A DNA stretch of 64,000 nucleotides from Carcharhinus amblyrhynchos (lineage: Eukaryota). Under the pieces are notes generated by a model. That model was not told the DNA's origin and did not search any database. It saw nothing but the letters and a program-made list of their open reading frames with translations. The position numbers and the translations under genes were made by a program. Where the stretch lies: the NCBI GenBank assembly GCA_965287045.1, contig OZ336877.1, forward strand, positions 8,122,001 through 8,186,000, given 5' to 3'. Each line of letters begins with the position of its first letter. Position 1 is the stretch's first letter. Positions 50,230-62,800 of this stretch are shown piece by piece.

Positions 50230-51650
50230 CTTCTCTTTCAGTTCCTACACTGTTACCTCTGGTGTCTCCCAGCTCCTACATCTTTTTCTCTGGCATTCCC
50301 CAAGGATCTACCCTTGGCCCCCTCCCATTTCCCATCTACATGCTACCATTCAGCAACATCACCTGAAAATGCAGTAGCTTCCATACGTACCCTGGAAATA
50401 CTGAACTCTACCTCATCACAAATTCTTTCAAGTTTATCTGTGAATGATCAAATTACTTATCCAACAATACTTTTGGACGAACAGCACTTTTCTCATAGAA
50501 ACCCTACAGTACAGAAAGGGGCCATTCGGCCCATCAAGTCTGCACCAACCACAATCCCACCCAGGCCCTAACCCCATACCCCTACATATTTTATCCACTA
50601 ATCCCTCTAACCTAAGCAACGCAAGACAGTAAGGGGCAATTTTAGCATGGCAAATCAACCTAACACAAACATCTTTGGACTGTGGGAGGAAACCCGAGCA
50701 CCCAGAGGAAACCCATGCAGACACGAGGAGAACGTGCAAACTCCACACAGATAGTGAACCACGCTGGGAATCGAACCCAGGTCCCTGGAGCTGTCAAGCA
50801 GCAGTGCTAATCACTGTGCTACCGTGCTGCCCACAAATACTGGAAGAGCCTCAGCGCTGTCTTCTGCCCCTATCACAAACTCTGCTTGCCAGCCACTGAA
50901 TCCATCCTTATCCCTGAAAGCTGTTTGAGGCTGAAATAAACTGCTCACAACTTGATCCTCATACTTGACTTCAAGATGAACTTCTAACCACATATCTGCA
51001 CCATCAATAAGATTGCCCAAGTCCTCTTCCATAACATATGTTGACTCCTCCCCTACCTCAGCTCACCTTGTACTGAATCCCTTACCCTAGCCTTTGTTAC
51101 CTCTAAATTTATGTGGTTCCAATGTCAGCTTTCCATATTCTATACTCCATGAACTTGAGCTCATCCAAAATTCTATTGCCCATTCCTAACTTGTGCCAAG
51201 CCTCATTCACTTAAATCCTCTTGTGTCTGCTGACCTACATTGAGGAGTTGCTTAACCAGGAAATAAATTCTCACCTTGTTTTCCAATCCTCCATGACTCT
51301 TCCCCTCCCTATATCCGCAGACTCATCCAGCCCCACAACCTTCTGAGACATCGGCATTCCTCTTGTTCTAGCTACTTGAGCATTCCCAATTAAAATTGCT
51401 CAACCATTCGTGGCTGTGCCTTTGGCTGTCAGTCCTAAACTCTGGGATTCCCTCCCTACACCTCCTACCTCTCCCTTTCCTCCTTTAAGACGCTCCTGAA
51501 AACCTAGTTCTTTGACCAAGTTTACAATGATCGCCTTAATCCCTTTTTACTTGGTGTGGTGTCAAGTTTTATAATGCTTTATAATGTTCTTATGAAGCCC
51601 CTTAGAATATTTTATTATTTCAAAGATATAAACGCAAGTGTTATTATTTA
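50230..51650 (+). mobile_element. L2-clade LINE 3' part, interrupted by a SINE at 50493-50832
   Basis: SGIPQGSTLGPLPFPIYMLP motif at ~50290-50350; 3' end ...gatataaacgcaagtgttattatt. Confidence 0.75.
50493..50832 (-). mobile_element. Full-length HE1-like V-SINE, tail type A
   Basis: Minus strand begins gggcagcacggtagcacagtg; V core; CR1-like tail. Confidence 0.92.
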
Positions 51651-51670
51651 TTACCACGTGCATAAGTTAC

Positions 51671-51727
51671 CAGTATGTTATGTCTTTTTATATTTTTCTG
51701 GCTGATCTCAGCTGCCATCATAGCTTC
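51671..51727 (-). CDS. VPS41: VPS41 exon (~14), 57 bp: EAMMAAEISQKNIKRHNIL
   Basis: tag|GAA...CTG|gtaact; phase 0 to 0. Confidence 0.95.
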
Positions 51728-51851
51728 CTAAAATACAAGAAGAAAGAAAAATAAAAATTGAACAGCTATTCCAGAATCCTGCAATCATAAAAACAGTTTT
51801 TATCATTTATAAACAGAAGATGAAAAAAAGCTAAAGGGAAAGAAAACTTAC

Positions 51852-51967
51852 TTCATACTTCTTTTTCCCAAGTAGCCATTCAATGTGGTCATCTTGGTCC
51901 CGTTCCTTTGCCACTACAATGTCCCTTGGGCTGATGATATAAAACAGCGATTCACCCTCAGAGTGCT
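51852..51967 (-). CDS. VPS41: VPS41 exon (~13), 116 bp: (E)HSEGESLFYIISPRDIVVAKERDQDDHIEWLLGKKKYE
   Basis: cag|AG...GAA|gtaagt; phase 1 to 0. Confidence 0.96.
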
Positions 51968-52494
51968 CTGTATGACAGAAAGGATATTTTTCTTTTAAAT
52001 TAAACCAAACACATTTCTTTCATCAAATTTGGCTGATCAAATTTTAATTTTGAAGTAGCAACTGTTTACTGAAATTTTGCTCCAAGAACATATCAATGTG
52101 ACAACAATCCTGCACTTAACACAGTGGCAGGTGGGAAAACATGATCAACACAAAATGCATGCCATGATTACATCAGAAAAAAATGTCATTATGAAAAATA
52201 TAAATCAAACCAATTACTGTCAAATTAACGATGCTAAATTGTTTAAAATATAATCAAAAATTCACCAAATGAATAAGTAACAACAGGTAGAAAAATTACA
52301 ATGAAGAGTCAGCAAACAACTGCACTGAACAACAAGCAAACAAAGGGTACTGCTAAACTCATTCCAAATATTATCTGAAAATAGTTTCAGTCACTGTCTT
52401 TTATTGTTAATAATCAGGCCTGTACCATAACAAATGTAAAATTACTTCACAAAAAAGTTCTTTAAATTGATTAATGAAATAGAACACGTGGGTC

Positions 52495-52700
52495 CCTCTT
52501 GTAGCACAATCTTCTTTGTTCCGTACTGGCACTCTTGCCTGACTTTTAAGGCTGTGGTTGCAACAACTTCACTAGACACTTGAGCCCACAATCTGTGTGG
52601 ATTCTTCTGTATAGTACTGCAGTCAAAGGTGCTGTCTTTTCCATGACATGTTAAGCAGGGAGCCTTTCTGTCCTCTCCATGAGGACATGAATCATTTGTC
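52495..52700 (+). mobile_element. SacSINE1/DeuSINE-like 5' half
   Basis: ggcactcttgcctgac...cacttgagcccacaatct...ggtgctgtcttttccatgacatgttaagc. Confidence 0.5.
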
Positions 52701-53693
52701 AAGTTTGCTTTAAACTGAACTGGAAGCTGGTGATTTTGTTATTCTTGTAGACTAAAATCCTGACTTTAACTGAATTTGTGTCATTACATTTACCACAAAT
52801 GTAAATATAATTGTGTCAAAGTCACATTTTGGGGGAAATTGTTGGGAGTGTGTATCCAAATTCTACAGCTGTACTCTTGATAGCTGTGGATTCCAAACAT
52901 CAGCAAAAATTTACGAAATGACTTGATGAAAGTTTGATTAAGAGAAATTCAAGGTAGTAAAATTAAAAATGAACTTCTAACTTTGACCACCACTTTTAGA
53001 AATTAAAATAAACCTTTTTCTTTGCTAATCTCGCCTTCCAGCACTGACACTTAACTTCCAGACTCTTGAAAAGTTATCCTTTATGGAGGTGTGAGACTGC
53101 AGTGAGTCTTGGTGGCTATTCGAACACAGCACATCATAGCCAAGCTTGAACCGGCCTTCAAACATTCCAGTGGCGAGCATCAGATAGAAATCAGGAGAGA
53201 GAAACCTGGCTGTTGTTTCTGCTTCGTAGATTAGGACCAGGATACCAATTGCAGTTTCTCAAACACAACCCATGCTGAGATTTGCAAACCAAACCTGGCA
53301 CTTCTAAGCTCCACGATTCAGTGCTACAACTGCACCAGAGCTATAGGGATCCAAGTCGATTTGCACCTGACCTGGCTATGTGACTGTTCTCAAAGTTAAC
53401 CATGGCAGACATTGGAATGGGTGATCAGTAAATATTCTGCAACTTTACCTCGATCAAATGTTATAGCAGAATTGCATAAAAGATGTTGATTTGGGTTAGG
53501 CTGAAGACTACTTTCAAACTGATTCATGATTCAATGTAACATTCAAATAATAAGACTGATTTCTTCACCTTGGAGTTTGAGTGTAAGAAACAAAATCAGC
53601 TTTCTAAGGCTATGTTAAAATCTACACCGCTGATTTCTAATGTCCCCTACAACAAAGCTCACCTTCATCAGTTAATTACTGTATATTTCTCAC

Positions 53694-53823
53694 CTAAGCT
53701 GTAGTCTCTGCATTCATTTTCTTGAAAACCTCTTACGGATAGAGCATCAGAGGATATCTCCTCATACGAATCAGGCAAGTGATGAATGATGTCAAGCCGA
53801 GGCCTTGCACAGTGTTCTTTATC
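53694..53823 (-). CDS. VPS41: VPS41 exon (~12), 130 bp: DKEHCARPRLDIIHHLPDSYEEISSDALSVRGFQENECRDYSL(E)
   Basis: tag|GAT...TTAG|gtgaga; phase 0 to 1. Confidence 0.95.
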
Positions 53824-54385
53824 CTATTCAACAAAAAGTGTCATTTCCTATTCACATAAAACACAGGAAAAAAGTACTGTCCTTTGCCTTTCGCTTTCTC
53901 CTCCCAAAACATCCCCCACTGTTTGATTTATTGCTTCTGTGCTATGGAATGGATCCTTCTGGTCCTTTCTATTATGTTTCCCCCAATTTCAGCAAGAACA
54001 GCAAACTTGCCCTCCATTGAAAGATGAATTTTAAATGACAGAGAGAACTGGGATGTTACTCTGGTCTTCCAATGCACATGTCCATGCCAACATTGGACCT
54101 TGACACATGCTTGTGGTGGATTATTTTCAACCACGTTTAAAAGCCTCTTCTGTGGACACTCTGACACTAACAACCAATGTTTCAATACCAGAGTGTGACT
54201 CTAAAGCAAGTGATGTTAAATTTGTTAGATTGGCCTGTTTTAACACCTGATTCACAGCATATTTTATATGTTGAGATTACTTCAAAGAATTATATCTATT
54301 ACAGGATGTGAACATTTTGGAAATTGCACTTTTGTTTTGCACCACACCAAATCCCTCCAGACTTTTTCTTGCCTCATGACAAAAT

Positions 54386-55900
54386 AATTTGAGGATTGCT
54401 GAAAAAATACATTTTGTTGAAACTTTTCGTCTTGCTTTCTTCAGGACAATCACAAGAACACAAACATTAACTTTATACTGTATGAGAGTGCTGAACGGTT
54501 GCAAGTGGACTTTGATTAATAGATATGCTGTTACCGAGAATGCGCCAGTGGATGGGTGATTGTCAATCAACTGCCAAGCAGTCTTTAAAAAGTTAAACCA
54601 GATAGCTTGAATGATTGGTCAAGGCACTGCCCAGAGGAATGCACCAGCAAATGGCCGTCATTCATTTTGTTTGGTTGAAGCAGGCAAAATGCATGCGCGC
54701 ATTATTTCTGTCTGCAAAGACCTGGGCTCTGTGTAATGATAAATAGCTTCCTATTCTTGTACATGGCTCAGGCCCTCTTCATAACGTTGTCAATAAGGAC
54801 AATCCTATAGCATGTGTAACTGGAAGAATCGCATCATGTATATTGATAAATGAAGACAAGTTTGCTGTGAACCGTGGTAGAAAACCCTTGGCATGTTTCT
54901 CAACGATACGTCAAGGAAAGGGAGTTCATTTGATTGCTCCATTTCAAAGATGAACTTGAGTACATGATGGAGCCCATTAACAGATGCAAGAAAATCATGC
55001 CACCACGCAATCTTGATGCTGAAATAGGCCACAAAGACATTCTTTGGACAATGGCTACCCTGATAATATCATTTCATACCGAATATCATACAAACCTATG
55101 ACGGACCCAAGGCTGTCAATTTCAGCCCTGAAAAGTACCCAGTCTACCCTGGAAGGGCAATGTATCTCAGAAATTTGAGCAATAGGTAAAGCTAACTGTT
55201 TCACACTGTTACTAACTAAGCTATAGCAACATGAGGGTTTTCTCCATTAATTGAATGCTGCCATCAAGCCAAAAGACATTCTGCTTATTGCACAAAGGAG
55301 TAATGTTGTAAATGAATTTTAGTGCCAGATATGCAGGTCATACGTCCCAAAGACTAACGGATTATATCTAACAGCACGTCCCTTCCGCTGTTCGCAATGG
55401 GCAAGGTACAGACTGTATCCAACCAGCCCTTGTAAAACTCATAACACACTGTCCAACATTAGATGGGATTCTGCGATTGGGCAACATTTGCTAAATAATC
55501 CTCACCGTACTAAAGATTATGCTGACAGCCAATTTAAAACTATCAGTCAGGATCACAGTGTGATGTATTTTCGTGTACTGGAAGCCATAAAGAACACGCA
55601 CACACATTGCGCCTGTTTCAGATAAACAAAAGTGATAACCATTCATAGCTTTATTCCACAAGGCAATGCCGTGACCAGGGTCAAGTTGCCTGATTTAAAT
55701 CTTCAAAGAATGCTTGACCATTAACTGGTGCATTCTGTATGGCAATACCACGACCAGAGTCCACTTGCCAACCTATCAGCACCCGTTTTTCATGTTGTAC
55801 AAAGTTGCTGTTCCCCAGATATTGGCATTCTTGAGATTTTGCTGATGAATGCAAAATGAAAACCTGCGACAAAATATCCTTTCTCAGCAATTTTCAAGTT
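54386..55900 (+). mobile_element. Penelope-like retroelement remnant: inverted pLTR, inverted RT piece, linker/GIY-YIG endonuclease, pLTR
   Basis: Minus ORF 54805..55032 (NGLHHVLKFIFEMEQSNELPFLDV) is PLE RT-like; plus strand has DNGYPDNII, RSNVVNEF, GHTSQRL, QHVPSAV, DSAIGQHLLNN and RVLEA (GIY-YIG); the termini are reverse complements, each with a CTGANGA..GAAA core. Confidence 0.85.
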
Positions 55901-56706
55901 TTATTACACCAAATGACAGCAAAATAATTCTTGATGTGGCTTAATTTATTTGCTATACACAGATCACAAACCATGGTTATATTTTCAAAATTGCAAGGAA
56001 GAAATACTGAAACTTGTAGAACTTTAGATACAATTTCATCCTTCAGATTACCCACAGATGCATTAATTCACACTTTCATATATAGTTCAAAACATTAAAT
56101 TTGGAGAAACACTAGAGTAATTTCTAACTGCAAGTTTTAACATGGTACAACAGTCTTTTTAGACAGATTAGATGCAAGGACAACTGTATGCAAAGTAACT
56201 AGGCCACTCCATCTGATCAGATAACAGACTGATTCAATATGCAAAAATATGAAATAACAAGATGCATGAGAGCAAAGGGGGGAGTTTGAAGAGGAAGGAC
56301 TGTGGGCAGTATAAGCAGGTGGTGAATATCACTAAAGATTTATTCCCTTTGTGATGATGAAGTCAAAGCTTAGTTAGTTATTGACGATCGTAATTCTCTA
56401 ACATAGAAGAATAATGGTACATGAAAGAGCTTCTCAAGGAAGTCGTTTTGATTTTCCAAGAAGAGATTGCAAACTACAATATCCCAGTTGTAGCTGTGCC
56501 AGTCAACAAAGGGCGTGTGACACAACAGATACCTTTGGCACAATGGGCAGTAGAAATCTGAAATTAAAATAGAAAATACTGGAAGCACAGCTTTCCTCCA
56601 AAAGTCTGTGATGCTGCGCTATTGGAGCTTTCAAGGCTGAGACTGATGAAGAGTATCGTTAAATGTGCATCAAGGGGCCCAGAGCAAAGGTGAGTAAATG
56701 AAGTAG

Positions 56707-56878
56707 AGAATCATAGAATCTCTGCAGAAAGAGGCCATTTGGCCCATTTAGCCTGTATTGACAATAATCCCACCCAGTCACTATCCCCGTAACCCCACAT
56801 ATTTACTCTGCTAACCTCCCTAAAACTAAGGGGCAATTCAGCATGTTCAATCGAACTAAGCAGCGCATCTTTGGACAC
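56707..56878 (-). mobile_element. HE1-like SINE, 3' half only
   Basis: gaatcatagaatc...gaggccatttggccc...gcgcatctttggac. Confidence 0.8.
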
Positions 56879-57605
56879 TGTTGAAGGGTACAGATGAAAT
56901 TAAGTAACTGAATTGTGGAGTAGGATCAATGGGTTAAATGACCTGGTTCACTCCTTACTATTTTTTAAGATAGGGAAGGAGTTGGCAAGGCAGAGATGCA
57001 TCGAGACAGAAGCTATAAAAAGCTGCTGTTTGATTTCACATCAAAGATGCTTTTAAGATGTTGTCCTCTTACTTGTATATGAGACACATTGCCATAATCC
57101 TTCCGATACCAGTGATTAGGTCAGAAGAGGCAAAAACAGTGGCTGGTGCATCCTGTTGAATTGGAAATTGGGCTTCTTCCATCTGATTTCCCATTCAGAG
57201 TCACTTTCACCCAGCAACAAAAATGTCTCTCTCATCCTCAAAGGAAATATCCCAGAATGTTTAAATTTCTCCACTCATTTTTGTCTTCCCTTTATTGAGG
57301 ATGAGGATTGGTAATTTGGAAGCTCTGACAGCAGTCTGGCTTCTATCCTTTCAAGAGGAGTTTCCTTCATAAGAGAATGATAATACCTTTCCACTAAAAT
57401 TCAGGAGGACTTGGAAGATATAGCTAGGCAGACAGGAACATTCACAGCTGAGACTTTGCACTTTTTTTTTAAAAAGAGTCTTAATAGGAGAAACTAAACT
57501 ACTTGTATTGGCCATACCCTTTGGACCTGATAAGCAGCCATTCTTATTTGCAAAAGGATTCGCTACATTGAATTTCATCTACTTTTGTCCTACTAACATA
57601 TTTCT

Positions 57606-57949
57606 GGGCGGCACGGTAGCACAGTGGTTAGCACTGCTGCTTCGCAGCTCCAGGGACCCGGGTTCAAATTCCAGCTCGGGTCACTGTCTGTGTCAAGTTT
57701 GCACATTCTCCTCATGTCTGCGTGGGTTTCCTCCAGGTGCTCTGGTTTCCTCCCACAGTCCAAAGATATGCGGGTTAGGTTGATTGGCCATGCTAAAATT
57801 GCCCCTTAGGGTCCTGGGGTGTGTAGGTTAGAGGGATTAGCGGGTAAATGTGTAGGGATATGGGGATAAGGCCTGGGTGGGATTGTGGTCGGTGCGGACT
57901 CGATGGGCCAAAGGGCCTGTTTCTGCACTGGAGGGTTCTATGATTCTAT
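57606..57949 (+). mobile_element. Full-length HE1-like V-SINE, tail type A
   Basis: gggcggcacggtagcacagtggttagcactg (A box), ggttcaaattcc (B box), V core, tail ...ttctatgattcta. Confidence 0.93.
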
Positions 57950-58464
57950 AATTTCTCTAATTCACCCTGCAGTTCCCAAGCTACCTCCTCAATTGGCTTC
58001 CTGCTTTGGTAGTTATGAGCAAATTCAACGACTGTGCATTGATTTTCTGAATGCAAGTTTTTGATGTAATTTGGGAACAATAGAGGTACCAATCCGAAAG
58101 ATACCAATCCAGCACATCCTCTCATCACTTGACATAATAAGCAAGTATCTGCTATATCCTTCAGCTAGTTTTTTTTTTAAACCCATTTCCTAGTTTTACC
58201 CTGAATCCCATAGCTTTGAGCTTAACAGCCATGTGAAACTTGTTCACAAGTAATATCACAGTGATCTGACAGAAAACAGAGATGAAATGGTGGACTTTTG
58301 TTTTACAAAGATCAAATTTCTCCACAACACAAATCTATTATTATAATACTGCTTTTAAAAACGAATGCACAAGGGGAGAAGAATTTGAAAAAAAAATCCA
58401 TCCTACTCTTCACTTTTCCTTTAACTGCAGTGTTTAAATCACTATCATTTGACTATTCCTTTAC

Positions 58465-58562
58465 CGTTTGTTCCATCATCTCGTTCACATACATTAGGAG
58501 AACTAGACGCTCGCCAAGTGGTGCAAGTCCACTGATGTGAAACTCTGACTCGAAGGCAGATA
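58465..58562 (-). CDS. VPS41: VPS41 exon (~11), 98 bp: (V)SAFESEFHISGLAPLGERLVLLMYVNEMMEQT
   Basis: cag|TA...ACG|gtaaag; phase 1 to 0. Confidence 0.93.
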
Positions 58563-60676
58563 CTGCAAAGAAAAACATTACACGTCACAGGCACTTTTAA
58601 AAAATTCTTCAGACATGTAAAACACTATTAGTTTACTCAAGTTATGACCCAGTTAATGTTTTTATTTCGTAATGAATATTGATAAATTGTTTCTAGAAGG
58701 ATGAAAGTGAGTAATAACAGTAGGCGGACTCTCCAAAGAGGCTATACTTCTGCTAAAAATAACCTTTTCCGTGTGTCCTAATTTTATACTTTGTAAGACT
58801 ACAGCTCTTAAAAATACTATTACATACTAAGTCCTGAAAAATGTCTAAGTGCATCATTATATTCATAAAGTCACACAAAACCCATTAGGTCTGAAAAATG
58901 ACTCTTGTCATTTTTTAAAATCAAAATACTCAGAAGAATTATGGTAGAGCAAGCGCAAACGTTCAACACAACTGCCAGAGCTATATGAACATCTTAAAAT
59001 CCAGGGATCTCCAACTCACTCCACTTTTTGACTGAGCGCTCCGCGATCGCCTGCAACCTTTACTTCAGGAATTTAGTAATTTATCAGTTATTGACACCAG
59101 AAATGGTATTGCAGGTCATAACCGTAGAACATCTGTCATTTGGACAATAGCCCATGCTGTTTTTGCTTGAGTAGCACTAGGTTAAATGATGGATCTTTTG
59201 ACAAATGAGCTCCTTGTGGGGTTGGGGGAATGGCAATGCTTTGAGCAACTAGAAATGCAGAACTTAGTTTTAGACAGATCCAGCTTAGTGGAACTATGAC
59301 AGTGGAACCCCTGCTATGAATCTTTGTCAGACAGATCCTCGCTGCTAGAGCCTAACTTGGCCTTTGGCTGAGGAAAAGCAGCCTTAGAGTAACTATGGTG
59401 TTTATAGACTGCTAGCAAACATTGGATCTCATTATTATAGAATCATATTAAACCAACTACATTGCATTAAGAGGATATTCAGTGACCTTGGTCTGCAGGC
59501 AGAACAGAAAAATATCAGGCATATTGATATGCTGTTGGAAGTTGGCAGCAATCATTTTTGGCTATGGACAATAACATGTTACTGTACTGCAGGAAAGTGG
59601 TCTCCATGGTAGCTCACTATAAAAGCTTTTTTTTAACTAAGATATTGCACAATACACAAAAACTGGAATCTCCTTTAATGCAAAAATACTATCATGATTT
59701 GGTAGCAGGGTTGAATCTGGAGTTTTAGTAGCCAGAGTCCAACAGCTTGCACCTTCTATTCCAATGGGAGCACAGAGCTCTCCCCACATTTCTTCCAGGG
59801 CACTGCACCCACTCTAGAAGACTGCATTTGCCACCTCAATGCTCAAGTTAGTTAAAGAAAAAGTAGAACCAGATGATAAAATACACATGAGTTTTGAATA
59901 AACTTGTGCAGCTTGTACAGTTACTATTCCCATTACAGAGGCTGTGGGTCACCTTTCCCTAAAATGGTGCACAAAGTGAGATCTGTTATAAACCCAAATA
60001 AATAAGCCATTTCTGTAGTTAATCCCAGTTGCGCATTCGAGAAACCCCAAATGTCTCTTGTAATCATTCAAGCTGTGCTCCAAACAATGGTTATGGCCAC
60101 TGATGAGCCTAATTGTCCAAATGCTTGTTGCATAGACTTTGAAGGTCTTTGGTGTGATAATTGGTCGACGACAAACAAAAAAGGAGAAACACGCTGTTCT
60201 GTGAAGAATTATTTTCAGTGCAAGGAAAGCTTTTCGGCATGAGGAATGACAGTGTATCCCTTGATGGCAAACTTAGATACAGTGCAAATCGTTTCGACCC
60301 TGACAACCTGGGCTTTGTTCTGACCAGGTTTGGGCATGAATAGCTAAATGACGACTTGATGGCACAATTGTGCACCAACAACAGAACATTGCACTGTTTA
60401 CATATACTTTTACATTACACAAAATTGTGGGTTTCTCACACGTCAGCAACAAATCCTTATTAGGAAGGTTTTGTACGTGAATGAGGTATGTATTTGTTTT
60501 GCTCATGGGTATATTTGCACTTTGCATGATTCAATGCTCCTGCAAAAACGCCATCATGTACTTTCTTTCCAAAGTTCAACATCCCTTCAAAGTGGAAAGA
60601 GGTTTTTTTTGCATAAGCAGCCTGCCAAAGCTCATTAAAACTGACAATCACAATAAAAATAATTATACAACACAAT

Positions 60677-61010
60677 GCGATGGCCTAGTATTATCACTAG
60701 GCCATTAATCCAGAAACTCAGCTAATGGTCTGGGGCCTCATGTTCGAATCCAGCAGATGGTGGAATGTGAATTCAATAAAAAATGTCTAGAATTACGAAT
60801 CCACTGATGACCATGAAACCATTATCAATTGTTGCAAAAACCCATCTGGGTTCACTACTGTCATTTAAGGAAGGAAATCTGTTGTCTTTACCTGGTCTGG
60901 TTTTCATGCGACTCCAGAACCACAGCAACACGATTGACTTTCAACTGCCCTCAGGCAACTTGGGATGGGCAATAAATGTTGGTTAGTCAGCGATGCCCAT
61001 GTCCCACAAA
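60677..61010 (+). mobile_element. tRNA-derived SINE of a separate family; its tail matches the LINE fragments at ~6830, 28680 and 47660
   Basis: Head tggcctagt...gttcgaatcc; body aaacccatctgggttcact...ggaaggaaatctg; tail gggatgggcaataaatgttggttagtcagcgatgcccatgtccca. Confidence 0.7.
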
Positions 61011-61147
61011 TACATTTTGAAAACTAATTGCTGAGCCTGAAGTTCCTGCATCTCTCAACTAGCTAATGACAGAGATACTATATCACACAGATGTGCTGAA
61101 TATGCCAAAGTAGAAACGAGACTGACTTAAGAGTAGAAAATTCTTAC

Positions 61148-61214
61148 CAATTTCAACATAACGAGTGGGCAAGTCCCTTAGATCAGTGGGATCACGCTCC
61201 TTCACTACACATAC
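61148..61214 (-). CDS. VPS41: VPS41 exon (~10), 67 bp: VCVVKERDPTDLRDLPTRYVEI(V)
   Basis: cag|GTA...ATTG|gtaaga; phase 0 to 1. Confidence 0.95.
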
Positions 61215-62475
61215 CTGAAAAAGCAAGGTGACTTGCACATTAAAAGTCAAAGCTTCTGATTAGCGGCTGCAGCATTTTATAATTTATGAGGTGACACTGT
61301 GTTTCAAAGCCTAATGCTTAGCTTTAAAAACATTTGAAAGAGCACGTGAATGACAGTGCACCACATTACAAGGATGCTTACTCCACACTCATGTCAACAT
61401 CAGTAGGTTTTATTGAAATATGTTAAAGATATTGAAATATTTCCCAATTTTTTTATTAGTATGGAGTAAAGCTGAAGATACAAAAGTGCTGTTCCCTTGA
61501 TTTGAGTGATTTTGACTGAAAGTGTTTTAAAAACACATCTCAACTCTCAACATCCACAAAGAACTCCAAAACAAAATTGTGCTTCCAATATCTGCATTTA
61601 CAACCTGTAAATGTAGCCTGTTTCCCCAGCATTTCCATTTACTGTCTCTATATCTCCACCCCTTCCTTCAGCACCTTCATTCACAGTCTTTAGGTTGCTC
61701 CCCATTGCCTTAGCAAAGCATTCAGTTTACAGCCATTGCCACCCACCCGACCACTGCTCACATCTCTACTTGCTGAAAGAGATCAGTTTTCAGGCTACTC
61801 AGATGTCAAGCCTCTACCCTGTGCCTCTAACAGCAACCTGTGTGGGTCTACCTCCAGTGCAAAGTTTATAATGTGTAGCAGAGTCAGACAATGAGGTTTG
61901 CTGGAAAGTAGGACATAATTCCTTGAGATTCCCCATGGTGAGGATACTGGTCTTTTCATCAGAGAAAAAGTCAGAGAGATTTAGAATACATTCAAACTTT
62001 ATCTTAGATGAAAAGGAAATAAAAAAGCACTTGCTGGACTTTATTTCCCCTTCAAGTGTGTGGACAGTAAAATTAATTGATAAATGACAGTTTTTTTTTT
62101 GCAAATTCTAACAAATCTCTTCATGGATCAAGATATAAAACAATGCAAACCAATAGTTCTACTGAATGGCACAAACTTTAAAAATGCACTATAAATCATG
62201 TGTGCTAACACTTGCCGTAGTGGACCGAGACAGAAACAGCAGAATGGATTTTTATTTGAACAGATTTTAATCTATTCAGCTTTATTTTTCATTTTAGGTA
62301 TTCTGAGCAACTGTCAAGAAAATGACCAGGGAAAGAATGTATAAAATATTTCAAATAAATTTATTATGAGCTACTTTTGATTTCACTGGTGTTGTTTACT
62401 TTTTGTCTTAAGTGCTTTGGCTTTACTGTGGCAAAGTAAATCTTTTAAAAATTATTACTGCATTCTGAAAATTTA

Positions 62476-62800
62476 AATCATAGAACCATAGAATCCCTAC
62501 ATTGCAGGAGGCGGCCATTTGGCCCATCGAGTCTGCATCGACAACTACCCCACCCAGGCCCTATCTTTGTAACCCTTCATATTTACCTTGCTAGTCCCCC
62601 TGATATTAAGGAACAATTTACCATGGCCAATCCACCTAAACCGCACATTACTAGACTGTGGGAGGAAATCGGAGTACCCGGAGGAAACCCACGCAGGCAC
62701 GGGGAGATTGTGCATACTCCACACAGACAGTGACCTAAGGCCGGAATTGAACTCGGGTCCCTGGCACCGTGAGGCAGCAGTGCTAACCACTATGCCACCC
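62476..62800 (-). mobile_element. HE1-like V-SINE, tail type A
   Basis: tRNA head, V core and tail on the minus strand. Confidence 0.9.

Noticed and set aside
16770-62800. tRNA genes suggested by A/B boxes
   Set aside because: Each head runs directly into a V-SINE core and tail, so these are SINE heads rather than tRNAs.
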